Shown here piece after piece: positions 27,630 through 41,135 of a stretch of DNA of 64,000 bases. The first letter of the stretch is position 1, and each line of letters starts with the position of its first letter. The position numbers were made by a program, and so were the translations under genes. The notes under the pieces are model-generated. The model had not been told where the DNA came from, ran no database searches, and saw nothing but the letters and a program-made list of their open reading frames with translations. Origin of the DNA: the human T2T-CHM13v2.0 reference genome, Homo sapiens; NCBI RefSeq assembly GCF_009914755.1, contig NC_060925.1. One strand, 5' to 3'.

Positions 27630-30600
27630 TTTTCCAAGCTGTTTTCCAGAGTGGCTGTACAACACTGCATTCCTATCAGCAATGTATGAGAGTTTCAGTG
27701 GCCCTACATTCTCACCACGATTTGATATTGCCAGTGTTTAGGGTTAAAAAAAATCAGCCATTCTAATTGATGGATAGTGGTATCTAATGGCTTTAATTTG
27801 CATCTCCCAGACAGCTAATGATGTTGGATACCCTTTTATGTAAGTAATTATTGCCATCTATATATTCTGTTTGTTGAAAAGTATGTAGCAGTCATGTGTC
27901 CCAGATTGTTTTTCTTTTCTTTTCTTTTCTTTTCTTTTAGTGTGACTATTAAAGTTACAGCCAAATTAGAACATGTTCTTTCTAGCTACATGTGTTCCCC
28001 TTTTCCCAGAGATTTTGATAACTCCCTTCACTTTCCCTTCTAGAGAATGTGGACTATTTTGTTTTATTTGGCCAATATACAGTTAAATGATGTAGCCCTG
28101 GCCTGTAGAGCCTAGGCCATTTCACTTACAGATCAGTGTAAGTGTTGAGGTTGAGTGTTGAGGTGCCTTTATATATAATCTGGATGCAAGTTCTGGTTTT
28201 CAAATGAATGATTTGTGAATTTTTCTTCTAACCAGTAGCTTGTCTTTTCACTATTTTAACAGGATCTTTAGTGAAGCAAAAGTTTTAAATGTTGATTAAC
28301 TCCAATTTATCAATTATTAATTTTATATATCAGCTTTTCATGTTATATTTAAGAACTCTGTACATAACTTCTGGACATGAAGATTATCTTCCATGTTTTC
28401 TTTTAGGTTTTACATTTAGCTCTATGAATCATCTTGGGTTAATCTCCATATAAGATAAGAAATGGAAGACAAAGGTTTTTTTTTTCTATATAGATGTGCA
28501 GTTGTTTCTAAATCATTTGTTTAAAAGACCATCCTTTCTTTATTGATTTATTTTTTGTACTTTGATTGATTTATTTTTGTACTTTTGTCAAAAATAAAAC
28601 AGCCATATTTGTGTGAGTCTGTTCTTGCCCACTGATCTATGCCTCTGTCCCTTTGCAATGCCACACTGTGATAGCCTTGGGTTTTTTTTGCTCTTCTTTT
28701 TCTGGTTTCTTAAGGTGGAAAGAAAGTTTATTGATTTGAGGTCTTTCTTTTTTCTAATATAAGCTTTCAGTGCTATATGTTTCCCTCTAAGCACCGCTTT
28801 AGCCATAGCCAACAAATTTTCATATGCTGTATTTTCAATTTTATTCAGTTCAGCACATTTTCAAAGTTCCTTGAGACTACCTATCGGACCCATAGGTCAT
28901 TTAAAAGTGTACTGTTTGACTTTCAAGGGGTTGGAAATTTTTCTGTTGTTTTTTTAATTTTATATTTAGTTTAATTCCATCATTGTCAGAGAACATATTT
29001 TCTATGACTTGAATTCTTTTACATTTTTAAGGTGTGTTCTATAAGACAGAATGTGACTTATCTTTGGTTTATGTTCCATGTGCTCTTTAAAAAATGTATA
29101 TTCTGCTGTGTTAGGATGGAGTGTTCTATAAATGTTATGAGACCCAATTGTTTGATGGTGTTTTTCAGTTTTTCTGTATTAAGTGCCTATAAACATTTTC
29201 TGTAAAGGGCAAGAAAGTATAGTTTTTAAGCTTGTGTGCTATATACAGTCTGTGCCACATGTTCTTTATGTTGTTGTTGTTACAACCTTTACAAAATATA
29301 AAAAGCATTCTTAGCCTGTGGGCTCTACACAACAAGCTATGGGCTGTATTTGGCCTGTGAGCCATAGTTGATTGACCGATGTTCTATAGTCTTACTGATT
29401 TTCTATCAGTATTGGATTCTTCAACTATCATTTTATAGAGAGTATTGGATCCTTCCAATACTCTCTATATGTAGAAAAGAGGGTCTATTTATATAGAGTA
29501 TTGGATACTTCCAGTACATAGAGTATTGGATTTTTCAACTATCATTTTATATCATATAATTATTGATAAGTTTGGATTGATGTATACCATTTACTATGTG
29601 GTTTCTGCTTGTAACCTCTGTTTTTTATTTTTCTTTTTCCTATCTTCTTTTGGGCTATTTCCACATTTTTAGTATTCCATTTTAATTTATCTATTGAGAT
29701 TGGACTTTATCTCTCTAGCCTTATCTCTTTATCTCTTTGCTTTTTAAGTGGTTGCTCTCAGGAGTACTACATATATATATTATATTATATATAACTTTTC
29801 ACCATCTACTTATAGTCAATAAATGGTCACTTCCTGTGAAATGTTAAAATCTTATTACCAAATAATTCCCTTTCCTCTCTGAATTTTATGCTATAGATAT
29901 TTCATATATTACTTTTATGTACCTTGAAAACTCCATAAGATAATGTGAATGATGTTTGTTTTAAACTGTCTGATGGCAACAGATTCTTTTAGTTTTCCTT
30001 TATCTGTGCAGGTCTTTATTTCACCTTCATTTTTGAAGGATATTTTCACTGGATATAGACTTCTGAGTTGATAGTTATTTTCTTTCAGTACTTTAAAAAT
30101 ATACCACTTCTTTCTGGCTCCACGGTTTCTGAGAAAATCACAATCTTTAAAATCATTCTAGCCCTAAAACTAATGCATTGTGTTTCTCTGTCGGCTTTCA
30201 AGATATTTTGTTGTGTTTCCAATTTTTAGCGTTTTTGATTATAATATATCTGGGTATAAAGTCTTTAGGTTTATTCTGTTTAGAGTTTACTGAGCTCCAT
30301 CAGTCAGTGGCCTTGTGTTTTTCACCAAATTTGAGAAGTTTCTGGCCTTTGTGTTCTTAATTTTTTTTTTTTTAGCATGCATCATTTTCCTCTTATTTGG
30401 CATTCCAATGAAACAAATATTAGGTCTTTTTAAAATCATCCTACATGTCTCCAAGGCTATATCGTTTTATTTTTTCAGTCTTTCTTTCCTCTCTGATTTC
30501 CACATTGAATAATTTTTATTGATTTATCTTTAAGTTGACTGGCTTTTCTGATATCTCTATTCTGCTATTCAACATATTCAGTAAGCTTTTAAAAAAATGT

Positions 30601-31229
30601 TGGTAACTGTATTGATCAGTTCTAAAACTTTCATAACTTATTCTTTACATCTTCTATTTCTTTGCTGCAACATTTTATTATTCCATTGGTTTCAAAAGTG
30701 TGGTCAATTGCTTGCTGAAGCTTTTTAATAATAACTGCTTTGCAGTATTTGTCAGATAATTGTAGAATCTTTGTCATCTAAATGTTGGCATCTATTGATT
30801 ATATTTCTCATGCAATTTGAGATTTTCCTGGTTCATATGTTGAGTAATTTTGGATTTTATTCTTGAAATTTTGAGTAGAATATCATGATACTTGTTTAAA
30901 ACCTATAAAGAATGTTAATATTTTTTGCTTTTCTAGGCAGTTGACCTGGTTAGATTCGGGGGGCAATTTCCAACCCACCTTCTATAGGCTGTTGTTACAA
31001 TGTCAGTTCACTTTCAAAGCCATTGAAATGGTATTCAGATCTCTCCTTCATGTGCACTGCCCAATCTAAGACCTGTTAATTCAGTTCGCAAAGTCTTTGG
31101 TATTTGGCTACGATCAAATCCATGCATGCATAGCCTCGGGGTGGGTCCGGGAATTCACAAATAGCTTGCTGGGGTTGTTTTTCTGATTTCCTCTGTCTGA
31201 GAAATCTCCCTGATACTTTCCATATCCTT
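27630..31229 (-). mobile_element. Internally deleted old L1M (3' ORF2, EN region, ORF1/5' region); continues at 32179-32810
   Basis: ORF 28588..28815(-) 'AKAVLRGKHIALKAYIRK' is L1 ORF2; ORF1-region motifs ~29970-30330. Confidence 0.8.
29178..29383. mobile_element. MER58A-like hAT-Charlie
   Basis: 'aaacattttctgtaaagggc...tttggcctgtgagccatagttgattgacc'. Confidence 0.8.
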
Positions 31230-32178
31230 AGAGCTCCTCTTTTTTTTTCTTTTTTTTTTATTATTGTACTTTAAGTTCTAGGGTACATGTGCACAACGTG
31301 CAGGTTTGTCACATATGTATACATGTGCCATGTTCGTGTGCTGCATCCATTAACTCGTCATTTACATTAGGTATGTCTCCTAATGCTATCCCTCCCCACT
31401 CCCCCCACCCCACGACAGGCCCTGGTGTGTGATGTTCCCCTTCCTGTGTCTAAGTGTTCTCATTGTTCAATTCCCACCTATGAGAGAAAATTTTTGCAAT
31501 CTACTCATCTGACAAAGGGCTAATATCCAGAATCTACAAGGAACTCAAACAAATTTACAAGAAAAAAACAAGCAACCCCATCAAAAATTGGGCAAAGGAT
31601 ATGAACAGATACTTCTCAAAAGAAGACATTTATGCAGCCAACAGACACATGAAAAAATGCTCATCATCACTGGCCATCAGAGAAATGCAAATCAAAACCA
31701 CAATGAGATACCGTCTCACACTAGTTAGAATGGTGATCATTAAAAAGTCAGGAAACAACAGGTTCTGGAGAGGATGTGGAGAAATAGGAACACTTTTACA
31801 CTGTTGCTGGGACTGTAAACTAGTTCAGCCATTGTGGAAGTCAGTGTGGCAATTCCTCAAGGATCTAGAACTAAAAATATCACTTGATCCAGCCATCCCA
31901 TTACTGGGTATATACCCAAAGGATTATAAATCATGCTGCTATAAAGACACATGGACACGTATGTTTATTGCAGCACTATTCACAATAGCAAAGACTTGGA
32001 ACCAACCCAAATGTCCATCAGTGATAGACTGGATTAAGAAAATGTGGCACATATACACCATGGAATACTATGCAGCCATAAAAGTTGATGAGTTCATGTC
32101 CTTTGTAGGGACATGGATGAAGCTGGAAATGATCATTCTCAGCAAACTATCACAAGGACAAAGAGCTCCTCTTTTTTT
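31230..32178 (-). mobile_element. 5'-inverted (twin-primed) L1PA, about L1PA4-5
   Basis: Poly-T plus 3' UTR on the minus strand (~31247-31485), ORF2 C-terminus on the plus strand (~31484-32161); 17-bp TSD agagctcctcttttttt at 31230-31246 and 32162-32178. Confidence 0.96.
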
Positions 32179-32849
32179 GGTGCTCTTGTGGGAAAGCTAG
32201 GGCTATAGTTTTTCCATCTATGACAAGCTTTTACAACTGCACCTACATATGGGGCAAGAACAAGGAGAACAATGAGAGAAAACCATGCAAAATATATGGG
32301 CCCCTACCCTCTTGGAACCACAGCTCAAGTGAATGGTGATGGGTGTTCCCTCCCCTTAGAGTTTTGGCTCCTGTGGGTTTCTATGACCTTCCACTGCCAC
32401 TGCCACTGTGTGATTGTGTGGGAAGTGAAAAACCAGAAAAAGAAAAAACATTAGGGGGGATTTCTACATTCTCTATTTATGAATTATTATTTGTCTTTCC
32501 CTACATCTTGAGTCAGAAATAGTTTTCCCTGGTGTTCTCTCTGTCTGCACTTTGATGTCCACTTCTGGATTTCTAGTACATTGAGTTTAGTCTGGGGGAC
32601 ACTGGGGTACTGGGTAAAATAATAAGCCTATTGCTGCTTCATGATACTCATAATTCTGGTCTTCTTCCCAAATATGCCTGCTGCCATTTACTTTTCAACA
32701 TTCTGAAATTGTTGCTGCATGCATCCTATCTAGGTTTTATAGGCGTATTCATTAGGAGAAACAGGGTAGAATGTGTTTACCCCATCTTTAGGAACTGAAA
32801 GATATGTCAGTTTCACGTAGTTCTTTTCATTGTCTCAGTTTGTTTTCTT

Positions 32850-33530
32850 TATTTTCTGTGGCTTATTTATTTTCTGTTATTTCTCCCATTTAGAATGAAG
32901 CTCCATGAGTCCAATGACTGTCTATCATTTCACCACTGTATTCTTATAGCCTACGAAAGTGCCTGGCACATAATTTTAATGTAATGAATATTTGTTGAAT
33001 GATCAAATAAATAAAAGTAGGCTGTGAGTTGGTCCTTAAAGTGTGACATTACAGTGTTGAACAGGTGTAGAGAAAGGAGTTTCCAGTCATTTGGGCAGTG
33101 GATAAGCAGCAAGCGATGGCATGGGGGTGGGGGGTTGGGCAGGAATCATTTTGAAGGATAGGAATCAATTAGTTTGTCTGAAGCAGCGGGATCATGTAGT
33201 AGAGGTACTGGTAGTATACAATGAGAATAGAAAGATAGATTGAGTCTAACCTAAGTTGGGACTTTAATAAACAAGCAAGAGTGATTATATTTTATCCTGT
33301 GGGCAATAGGGAAGTGCTAAATGTTTTCAAACAGTTAAGTCGTATGAAAAAAACTGCAGTTTAGAACAATTGCTGTCGCAAGACAGGGAAGAGAATGAAG
33401 GCAAGGGGGCTTGTCAGAGACGAGATACATTGGGATGGTGATTTAAGATCATAAATCAAAAAGTAGTAGTAGAAATGGAGAAGAAATTTCTAACATATAA
33501 ACAAAGCCCCTATTGGTTGATTGATATAGT
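32850..33530. mobile_element. L2 fragments
   Basis: 'aagctccatgag...gtgcctggcacata...atttgttgaatga' L2 3' end; 'ttttatcctgtgggcaatagggaag'. Confidence 0.65.
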
Positions 33531-34009
33531 CAGAATGGAGAGTACAATTCAAGAAAATACCAGGACCTTTGTCAAGAAGAAAAGGCAGGTTTCTTCAAAG
33601 AATACAGAGAATACCAAGACTTTATCAATGCTTTTCCCTGCAAAGTAAAATTCCACTTCTAAACTTTTAAAGATAGAATGTGACAGAACACTTCTCTATC
33701 TCCATTTCTGTTCCTTGGCCTCCGAAGCCTTATTGTTCCATGGGCTCTGACCTTTCTTTAGTTGCCTGGCATCCAGGCAAGTTCTCAGCTGTCAAATTTC
33801 TATCCAGGTGGCCTCCATAAATATCTCAACAGAATTTATTTTCTTTAATTTTCTTTGGCCTTACTTGAGAATTTGCTGATTGGAAGACTGTTTGGGGCCA
33901 GTATGCTCAAAGATGGATAGCCACATCTGCAAGCCATTTGGATTAATTATTACACCTGTGTCATAAAACCTGCATTAATAAAGAGGTGACAAGGAGACTC
34001 ATACTGCAG

Positions 34010-34720
34010 CTTAGACAGGACCGTCACTCCTTCCAAATTTTCCATCCCTATCACTGGCACGCCACCATCTTACTCTCCTGGCAGACCACGTTGGAGTATT
34101 CCAGGTTTCTTCCTCTAGCACTCCCATGACTATTGTGTATCCTTCTAATTCTTCATCTCAAGTACCTTTTGGAGCCATCCTTCCCTACCACTTTTTAGTC
34201 AATATTCTAGTCTGAGCCTTCTCTAATCACATGACACCTAGAATATTACAAAATTACAAAATCATCCCTCTTGCCAGCTGCCTGCGCCTTCTGACTGCCC
34301 TTTACATAGTAGAAAGGGTCTTATTTCTCAAACATTTTGATCAAATTATAATCCAATGCTTTGACTGGTAAGAATGTATCTCTCATCTTTGATCTATTAA
34401 TGGGCTCTCAGAAATTTACATAGTTTTCTGTTGTCTTTACTTAATCAGATGCAAATTCTTCATGCTGGTCTTTAAGGCTGTCCACTAATGTCTCCCAGTA
34501 TTGTTGTTCTTATTTATGACTGATCTTTGACCTATAATTACTTTCTATTCTAGCCAAGCAAATCTACTTTTTCTCATGTGCACAAATGTTTGATTCTTGG
34601 ACTGGCTGCTTAAAAACCTAACTGCACAAAATACCTCTAAATATTCTTCTCGTTTTCTTTCTGCCAAGTTGCCCTGAAAAATTCTTTCCAGGAGTCATCC
34701 CTGACACAGCCTTCAGACCC
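34010..34720. mobile_element. Degenerate L2
   Basis: 'aaattcttcatgctggtctttaaggctgtccactaatg'. Confidence 0.45.
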
Positions 34721-36909
34721 TAGTATATGGAATCTGTATTAACAAGAGATCTATAGCCTAATGGGAAGCTGTTGAGAATACAATGCATGTAAACCCAGAG
34801 TCAGCACTGAAAATGAAGAAAGGAAATAGCTTTTGTACCTTTAGCCTAGGCTGATGCTGATGAAAAAGAACTAGTTCTCGTAATGTATAAGGCCTTGGCA
34901 GAAGTTTTTATTACGTTGCAGAAATATTTGACACACTTGGGGAAGTGAAGGATAAAGCAGACACTGGCCTAGGCAGTCAGATCTGGAAAATCAACTATGG
35001 CAATAAAGGAGATGACAGATGTTGCAACCTCATATCCCTTATACAAAAAAAAAAAAAAAATCATTAATAAGAAATAGGTGGCCTGGTTGAAGCAGAGAGG
35101 AAGAAAGGGTATCAATGTGCCAAATGTAATTTCTTTCAATTATTTGCCCCCTCAATGTATTTAAACTATTAAAGTACAACCATTAAGGTACAGTTGTAGA
35201 GAGTAATCATGAAGCTTCATTTCATTTTGAGGTTGGGAATAGATAACTTAAAAACAAATTTTATAGGGGGATACAGAAGCTCTGCTTTCCTTTCTCTTTA
35301 TATATTTTAGTAGAATGATTCAGTAGATTTAAGTAGGATAGACCTAAATAACTTGACATTCTTATGATAGAGGAGAATGTCTCCTCTATAGATGAGGAGA
35401 AAATTACAGTTCTGGTCAATTCTCCAGTTTCTATTGAGCAATCACTTTTTTTCCCTCTCCTCTCATATAGTTTCTTCTTTTTTGCTTTTACATCTCTGTC
35501 TTCTCTTTCTCAAACTCCTTCTTCGTTCTATTTTCTCCTTTCTTTTCTGAACCACATTGTTTTGAAATGTAAAAGCAAAGAAAAATCATTAATCACTCTG
35601 CAGGATGCAGTGCTTAGATGGCTGTAGTTGCTGAAGGAGATCTGTTTAGCATCAGCTGATTTTTCATTTCCTTTCCGTGGGACAGTGTACTGCTCTGTGT
35701 CCCTGAGGCCAGGCAACATGAATACAGGTATTGAGTGTTCAAGAAGAAACAATTAAGACCAAGTGCTGGGGATACAATAGCATTTAAATTAATCTAATAC
35801 CTAGACTGGAGTCCTTAAGCCCCTCCTTTGCTTTCTCTGCCTTAAAGATTCATATTTCTTAGGCTAGACATTTGTCAGTATAACACTGAATTCTCTGATG
35901 GGCAATTTCTTCTCTCCTTATTTATTCTACTCCTCAGTTGAAAAAAAAAGATCGTCTAATGCCCTATAGATTATTTATGAGAATTTGACAGCTGTAGAAT
36001 TATCTAGCCTTGAAATGAAAATTATGTGAGACACTGATCCTCTATTCAGAAAAAAAATAGAAAAATCTAGTCAATTTTGAATTTTTGTGTATAAGGGCGA
36101 AAAGGGATATCAGCAATATTTAATCAACTCCCCTCATCTTATAGGTCATACATAGAAAATAAAAGCAATAACAAGAAGTACTTATTGAACTCAGATTAGG
36201 CACAGTGGAAGAAAAAAGTAAGAGACTTTAAATATACATGTGAAGAAGTCACTCAGAACATAGTATGGAGAGTTAGGGGTAGAAAAATATCAAAGACAGG
36301 TTAAGAGATATAGAGAGTAAAATGAAAAAATCAGGTTTGCAGCTGATAAGCATTTCAGAGGGAGAGATTATGGAGAATGGGGGAGGGGCAATTTCCATAT
36401 AATTGATAAGGATTTTCCAGAATTGAAGAAATCTGTGTGTTCTCAGACTGAAGAAGTACATGAGACAAAGACAAAAAAAAATAAATAAACAGTTAAGTAT
36501 ATTGTAATGAAAGTCTATTTTAATAAAATACTAGTGTTCTGGAATAAAATTTTAAGAACAATATGAGGATAAAGAAAAAATAGCCTAACAAAAGACATCT
36601 CAATAGATGAAAAATAGAGGACTGATTTTTCGCAAAATAGGGAAAAGGAAGGACAGAAGACTCTAGAATACTCTCTTCTCAAAAGGCAAAAAGAAAATAA
36701 TTTACAACCTAGAAATCTGTAAACAGACAAATCAGTTTTCAAGAATGAGGGTGAAATAAAGAATGTTTTGGATGAAGACAATATATTTTTATAACTTACT
36801 ATCTCTCACTGAATAAACTATTAAAAACCCATATCAGAAATAACTAAATTGAACAAGAAGGATGAAATAAGATGGTGGAAGTAACAATAAGTAAGAAATT
36901 ACTAAACTA

Positions 36910-37012
36910 AGCCATGCCCAGTGTTCTTTGCCTATAAAACCAGTTACCTGGGAAGCTGAGGAGGGAGGATTTGCCAGCCCGGACAACGGAGTAAGATCCA
37001 ATCCCTGAAAAG
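36910..37012 (+). mobile_element. Degenerate Alu monomer fragment
   Basis: 'cctataaaaccagttacctgggaagctgaggagggaggatt...cagcccggacaac'. Confidence 0.5.
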
Positions 37013-39394
37013 CAAATCACTAAACTAAGCTTTTGACAGAAGTTAGAATCAACTGACACAAATAATTATTAATGTTTTCAAAATTAATTAAATAAACATG
37101 GAAGATTAACCTTAGGTTTTCTTAACTCATGGGTACACGTTAAAAATTTAAAGTTAACCATTAAAGAATGAATAATCTATAAAGATATAGATTATATCTA
37201 TGTATTCCAAACAAGCAGGTCAAATCAATAAACATAGGAAAAGATAAAAAATAAAAAGCAACAAAGAAAAAGTATAATGATAGAAAAAAATACATGAAAT
37301 AAGATATTAAAAACACAACCAAATAGGCTTCTGCTTGTGGAAAGGACGTAGTTGACACTATCAGATCACTACTGCCAGTACAGGAACTAGAAAAGATTTC
37401 TTATAAAAATCAATTTTTTTAAATCAAGGAGACATGAAAGCAACAAAAAGTAGTTGAAATAAAATCCCAGACAGCAATTTCTAGGTGAGATGACAATCAC
37501 CTGCCATGTTCTTCTTTAAGGGAGTAATATCATTTTCAAGTGAGAATGGAAAATATGGCTTAGCCTCGGCTCAGCAACTCTACTGAGGGAAAAAGAAAAG
37601 AATGAAACTTTAGATAGGAATGTAAAGGATTGAAATGCATAGCCACTTTTTCCAGCAGTATATTTGCTGAGTTCTAAGGATGCAGAGGGAGCTAGGCTGG
37701 GCTGAAAACTTTCAAAAATCAGAGTAAACTCTCTGTCACCTTGGAGGACTTAGGAGATAAAATCCCATCAGAGTTGGAGAGTCAAAATAATTGCTATATT
37801 TAGAAGCTGCATGGAACAGAAAGCTAAAAAGATAAGTTCGAAAACTCTTTATGACAAGACTGAATCTTACATAGTATTTTAGGACTTGATAGATTGTCAT
37901 TCAAAAGCTTCAGAGGGTCACAAATGAGGAATGGAAACAAAGCAGAGATAGTCTAGTCTTACTAAAACCACAAATTAATAACAGAATTGAGGTCACCATA
38001 CTCTCACCTTAACCTATCTAACGAACAAAAGAAGGAATTATTTTGGGGGAATAAGTATTATCATCTGCAATCTACAGTCTCTATAGTCTTTTACATACAA
38101 GATCCACAATACAATTAAAAAATATGAGTCATATTAAGAGGCATGACAATGTGAACAATGATTGAGAGAAAACAAAAGACTGGAAATACATTTGTTCATG
38201 ATACAGATATTGGAGTTAGCAGAGGATGCTAAAACAACCAATATAAATATTTAAAAGAAAATAAAGGAAAAGATGAAAAAAATGTAGACTCTGAACAAAA
38301 AATGAAATTTGAAGAATAATCAAGTAGACATTCTAAAACTAGAATTATAATATCTGAAATTAAAATCTTGGTAGTTGGAATTTTACAGTACACTGGACAC
38401 AGCAGAGGAGAGGATTATTGAACTCAAGGACTGATCAATAGACAAAAATTGAACTACACAGAGAAAACTAGAAAAGAACATAAGAAATATATGAAGCAGT
38501 GAGATAGTCCACTATGTATGCCTAAGATCACAGGATAAGAAGAGAGAGAGAGAGAGAGGGAGTAAAAGCAATATTTGAAGAGATAATACTTGAGAATGCT
38601 GAAGAGCTGATGAAGGACACCAACTCGCAAATCCAAGAATTCATGAAATCCCAATGACAGTAAATACAAGTAAAAGTACTGTAGGCATACCAGAGTCACA
38701 CAATGAAAACTAAAGACAAAGAAGAAGTCTCAGAAGCAGCCAGCAATGGAATTGGGTAGTGGGGGAACACTTTAAAGAATTAACAATGCAACTGGTGATT
38801 AAATTTTCAGCAGAAACTATAGCCAGAAGACAAATAAATGACATTAATAAAATAAATAGAAAAAAACAAAATAGAAAAAAAATTAATCTATATTTGTATA
38901 CTTAGAGACAGTATCTTCTAAAAATGAAGGCAAAATTAAGATGTTTGCAAATAAACAAAAGCTAAAATAATTGGTTGCCAGCATACCTACCCTAAAGGAA
39001 TTTTTTTTTTCAGGCTAAAGAAATTATCCTAGAATAAAAAATAGATCTACAAGAGGAAATGAAGAGCACCTGGAATGATAAATATATAGGTAAATACAAA
39101 ATAACATCGACTGCATAATACAGCATTAATAGCATCATCTTCTGGGGTATATAATAAATATAAAAGCAAAAATGTGACCACTCTAGCACAAAGTCCAAGC
39201 TTGGGGAGAGAGGACTAGTAGAATTCAACAACTATAAAATTGTAAACTTCTTGCGTTATTCATAAATTGCTAAATTTCTAAGTTAAGGTGGATTATCATA
39301 TGATATATGAGAAGTACATTGTAATCACTTGGGTAACTACTAAAGGAATAATTCGAAACTGTATAACTGAAAAGCTAACAGAGAGATAAAATGA

Positions 39395-39705
<311 letters not shown>

Positions 39706-41135
39706 CTACTTAATTCAAAAACAAGCAGGTATAGGAGAATAAATGGACAAATGGAAAAAAACCCAAAATATTATATTTGAATAGAAGTTTTATTATTAAT
39801 TACATAAAGTGTAAGTAGACCAAATACCTCAATTAAAATTCAAAGATTGTCAGATTGGATTTAAATATTAGAAGGACAAAGTTTGGCTGATTGTGAAGAA
39901 TGGAAAAGGATATTACTGTAGTTGATGTTGCTAGGAAAGACAAAGATGGACATTTCATAATGAAATTAGGATTAATACAATAGGAAGATATAACAATCCT
40001 AAATTTATGTGCATCTGATAATACACCATCAAAAATATGTAAAGCAAATATTGACAAAACTGAAAAAAGAGACAGATCCATAGTTATAGTTAGAATTTAA
40101 TGCATCTATCTCAATAATTGACAGAACAAACAAGAAAGAAAAAAGTTAGTAAGGATATAGAATATTTGAACAACAAAATCAAGCAAATTAACTTAATTTA
40201 TGTATATATAGGACACTCTACTCAAACACATTAGAATGCACATTCTTTTCAAGGCACAGGGAGCATTTAATAAAATAGACCACACATTAGCACACACAGT
40301 AGATATCAACACACAAACTTAAAAAAATTGAAAGCGTATAGCCACTTCAAGTGGTGTTAAATTAGAACTCATTAAAAGATATATAACTAGAAAATCTCCA
40401 AAATTTTGGAAATTAAGCAACAGACTTCTAAGTAACACATATATGGATCAAAAAAGGAATCAAAATTAAAATTAGTATATATTTTGAATTGAATAATAAT
40501 GAAAATATGACACCAAAAATTGTGGATTACAGTTAAAGTAGTACTTAGAGTAAAATTTACAGCTTTAAACACATATATTAAAAAATAAGAAAGGTTGAAA
40601 GTCAATAATTTAAACTTCTAACTTAGGAAGCCAGGAAAAGAAGAGAAAATCAACATTTAAAAAGTAGAAAGAAGAAAATAAAAATAAGAGTTGAACTAAA
40701 CAAAATAGAAGGTAAATATACAATAAAAATCAACAAAGCTAACTTTTTTAAGAAAAGTTTAATTTTTAAACCACTAGAAAGACTCACAAAGGGAAAAAAA
40801 TATTAAATGACTCATACCAGGAATGGACTAGTGAACTATTCCAAACATTGAGGAAAGAATATGAATCTTAAATACGTTTTTTTAGAAGATGGAGAGAAGT
40901 AAACACTTCTCAATATTGTATTAGGCAAATGTATTCTTGGTATCAAAATATAACAAGGGCTTTACAAGAAAGGAAAGTTAAAAGCCAATATCACTCTTAA
41001 GCATAGATACAAAAATCCTAAACATGATATTGGCAAATCAAATCCACCAATATATAAGTGGCATAATATATTACGACTAAGTGGGTTTCTTTGCCCAGGT
41101 CTGGATTGAAAAATCAACCAATATCATCCACCACA

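Noticed and set aside
29403-29555. CRISPR-like repeat-spacer array
   Set aside because: Irregular spacing, 'spacers' derived from the repeat itself, eukaryotic L1 context and no cas genes
31601-32200. 199-aa ORF as a gene
   Set aside because: It is the L1 ORF2 cysteine-rich C-terminus in an inverted, truncated insertion
33551-33628. Imperfect ~24-bp direct repeat (aatacca(g/a)gac..t(g/a)tcaa)
   Set aside because: Too short and degenerate to distinguish from chance
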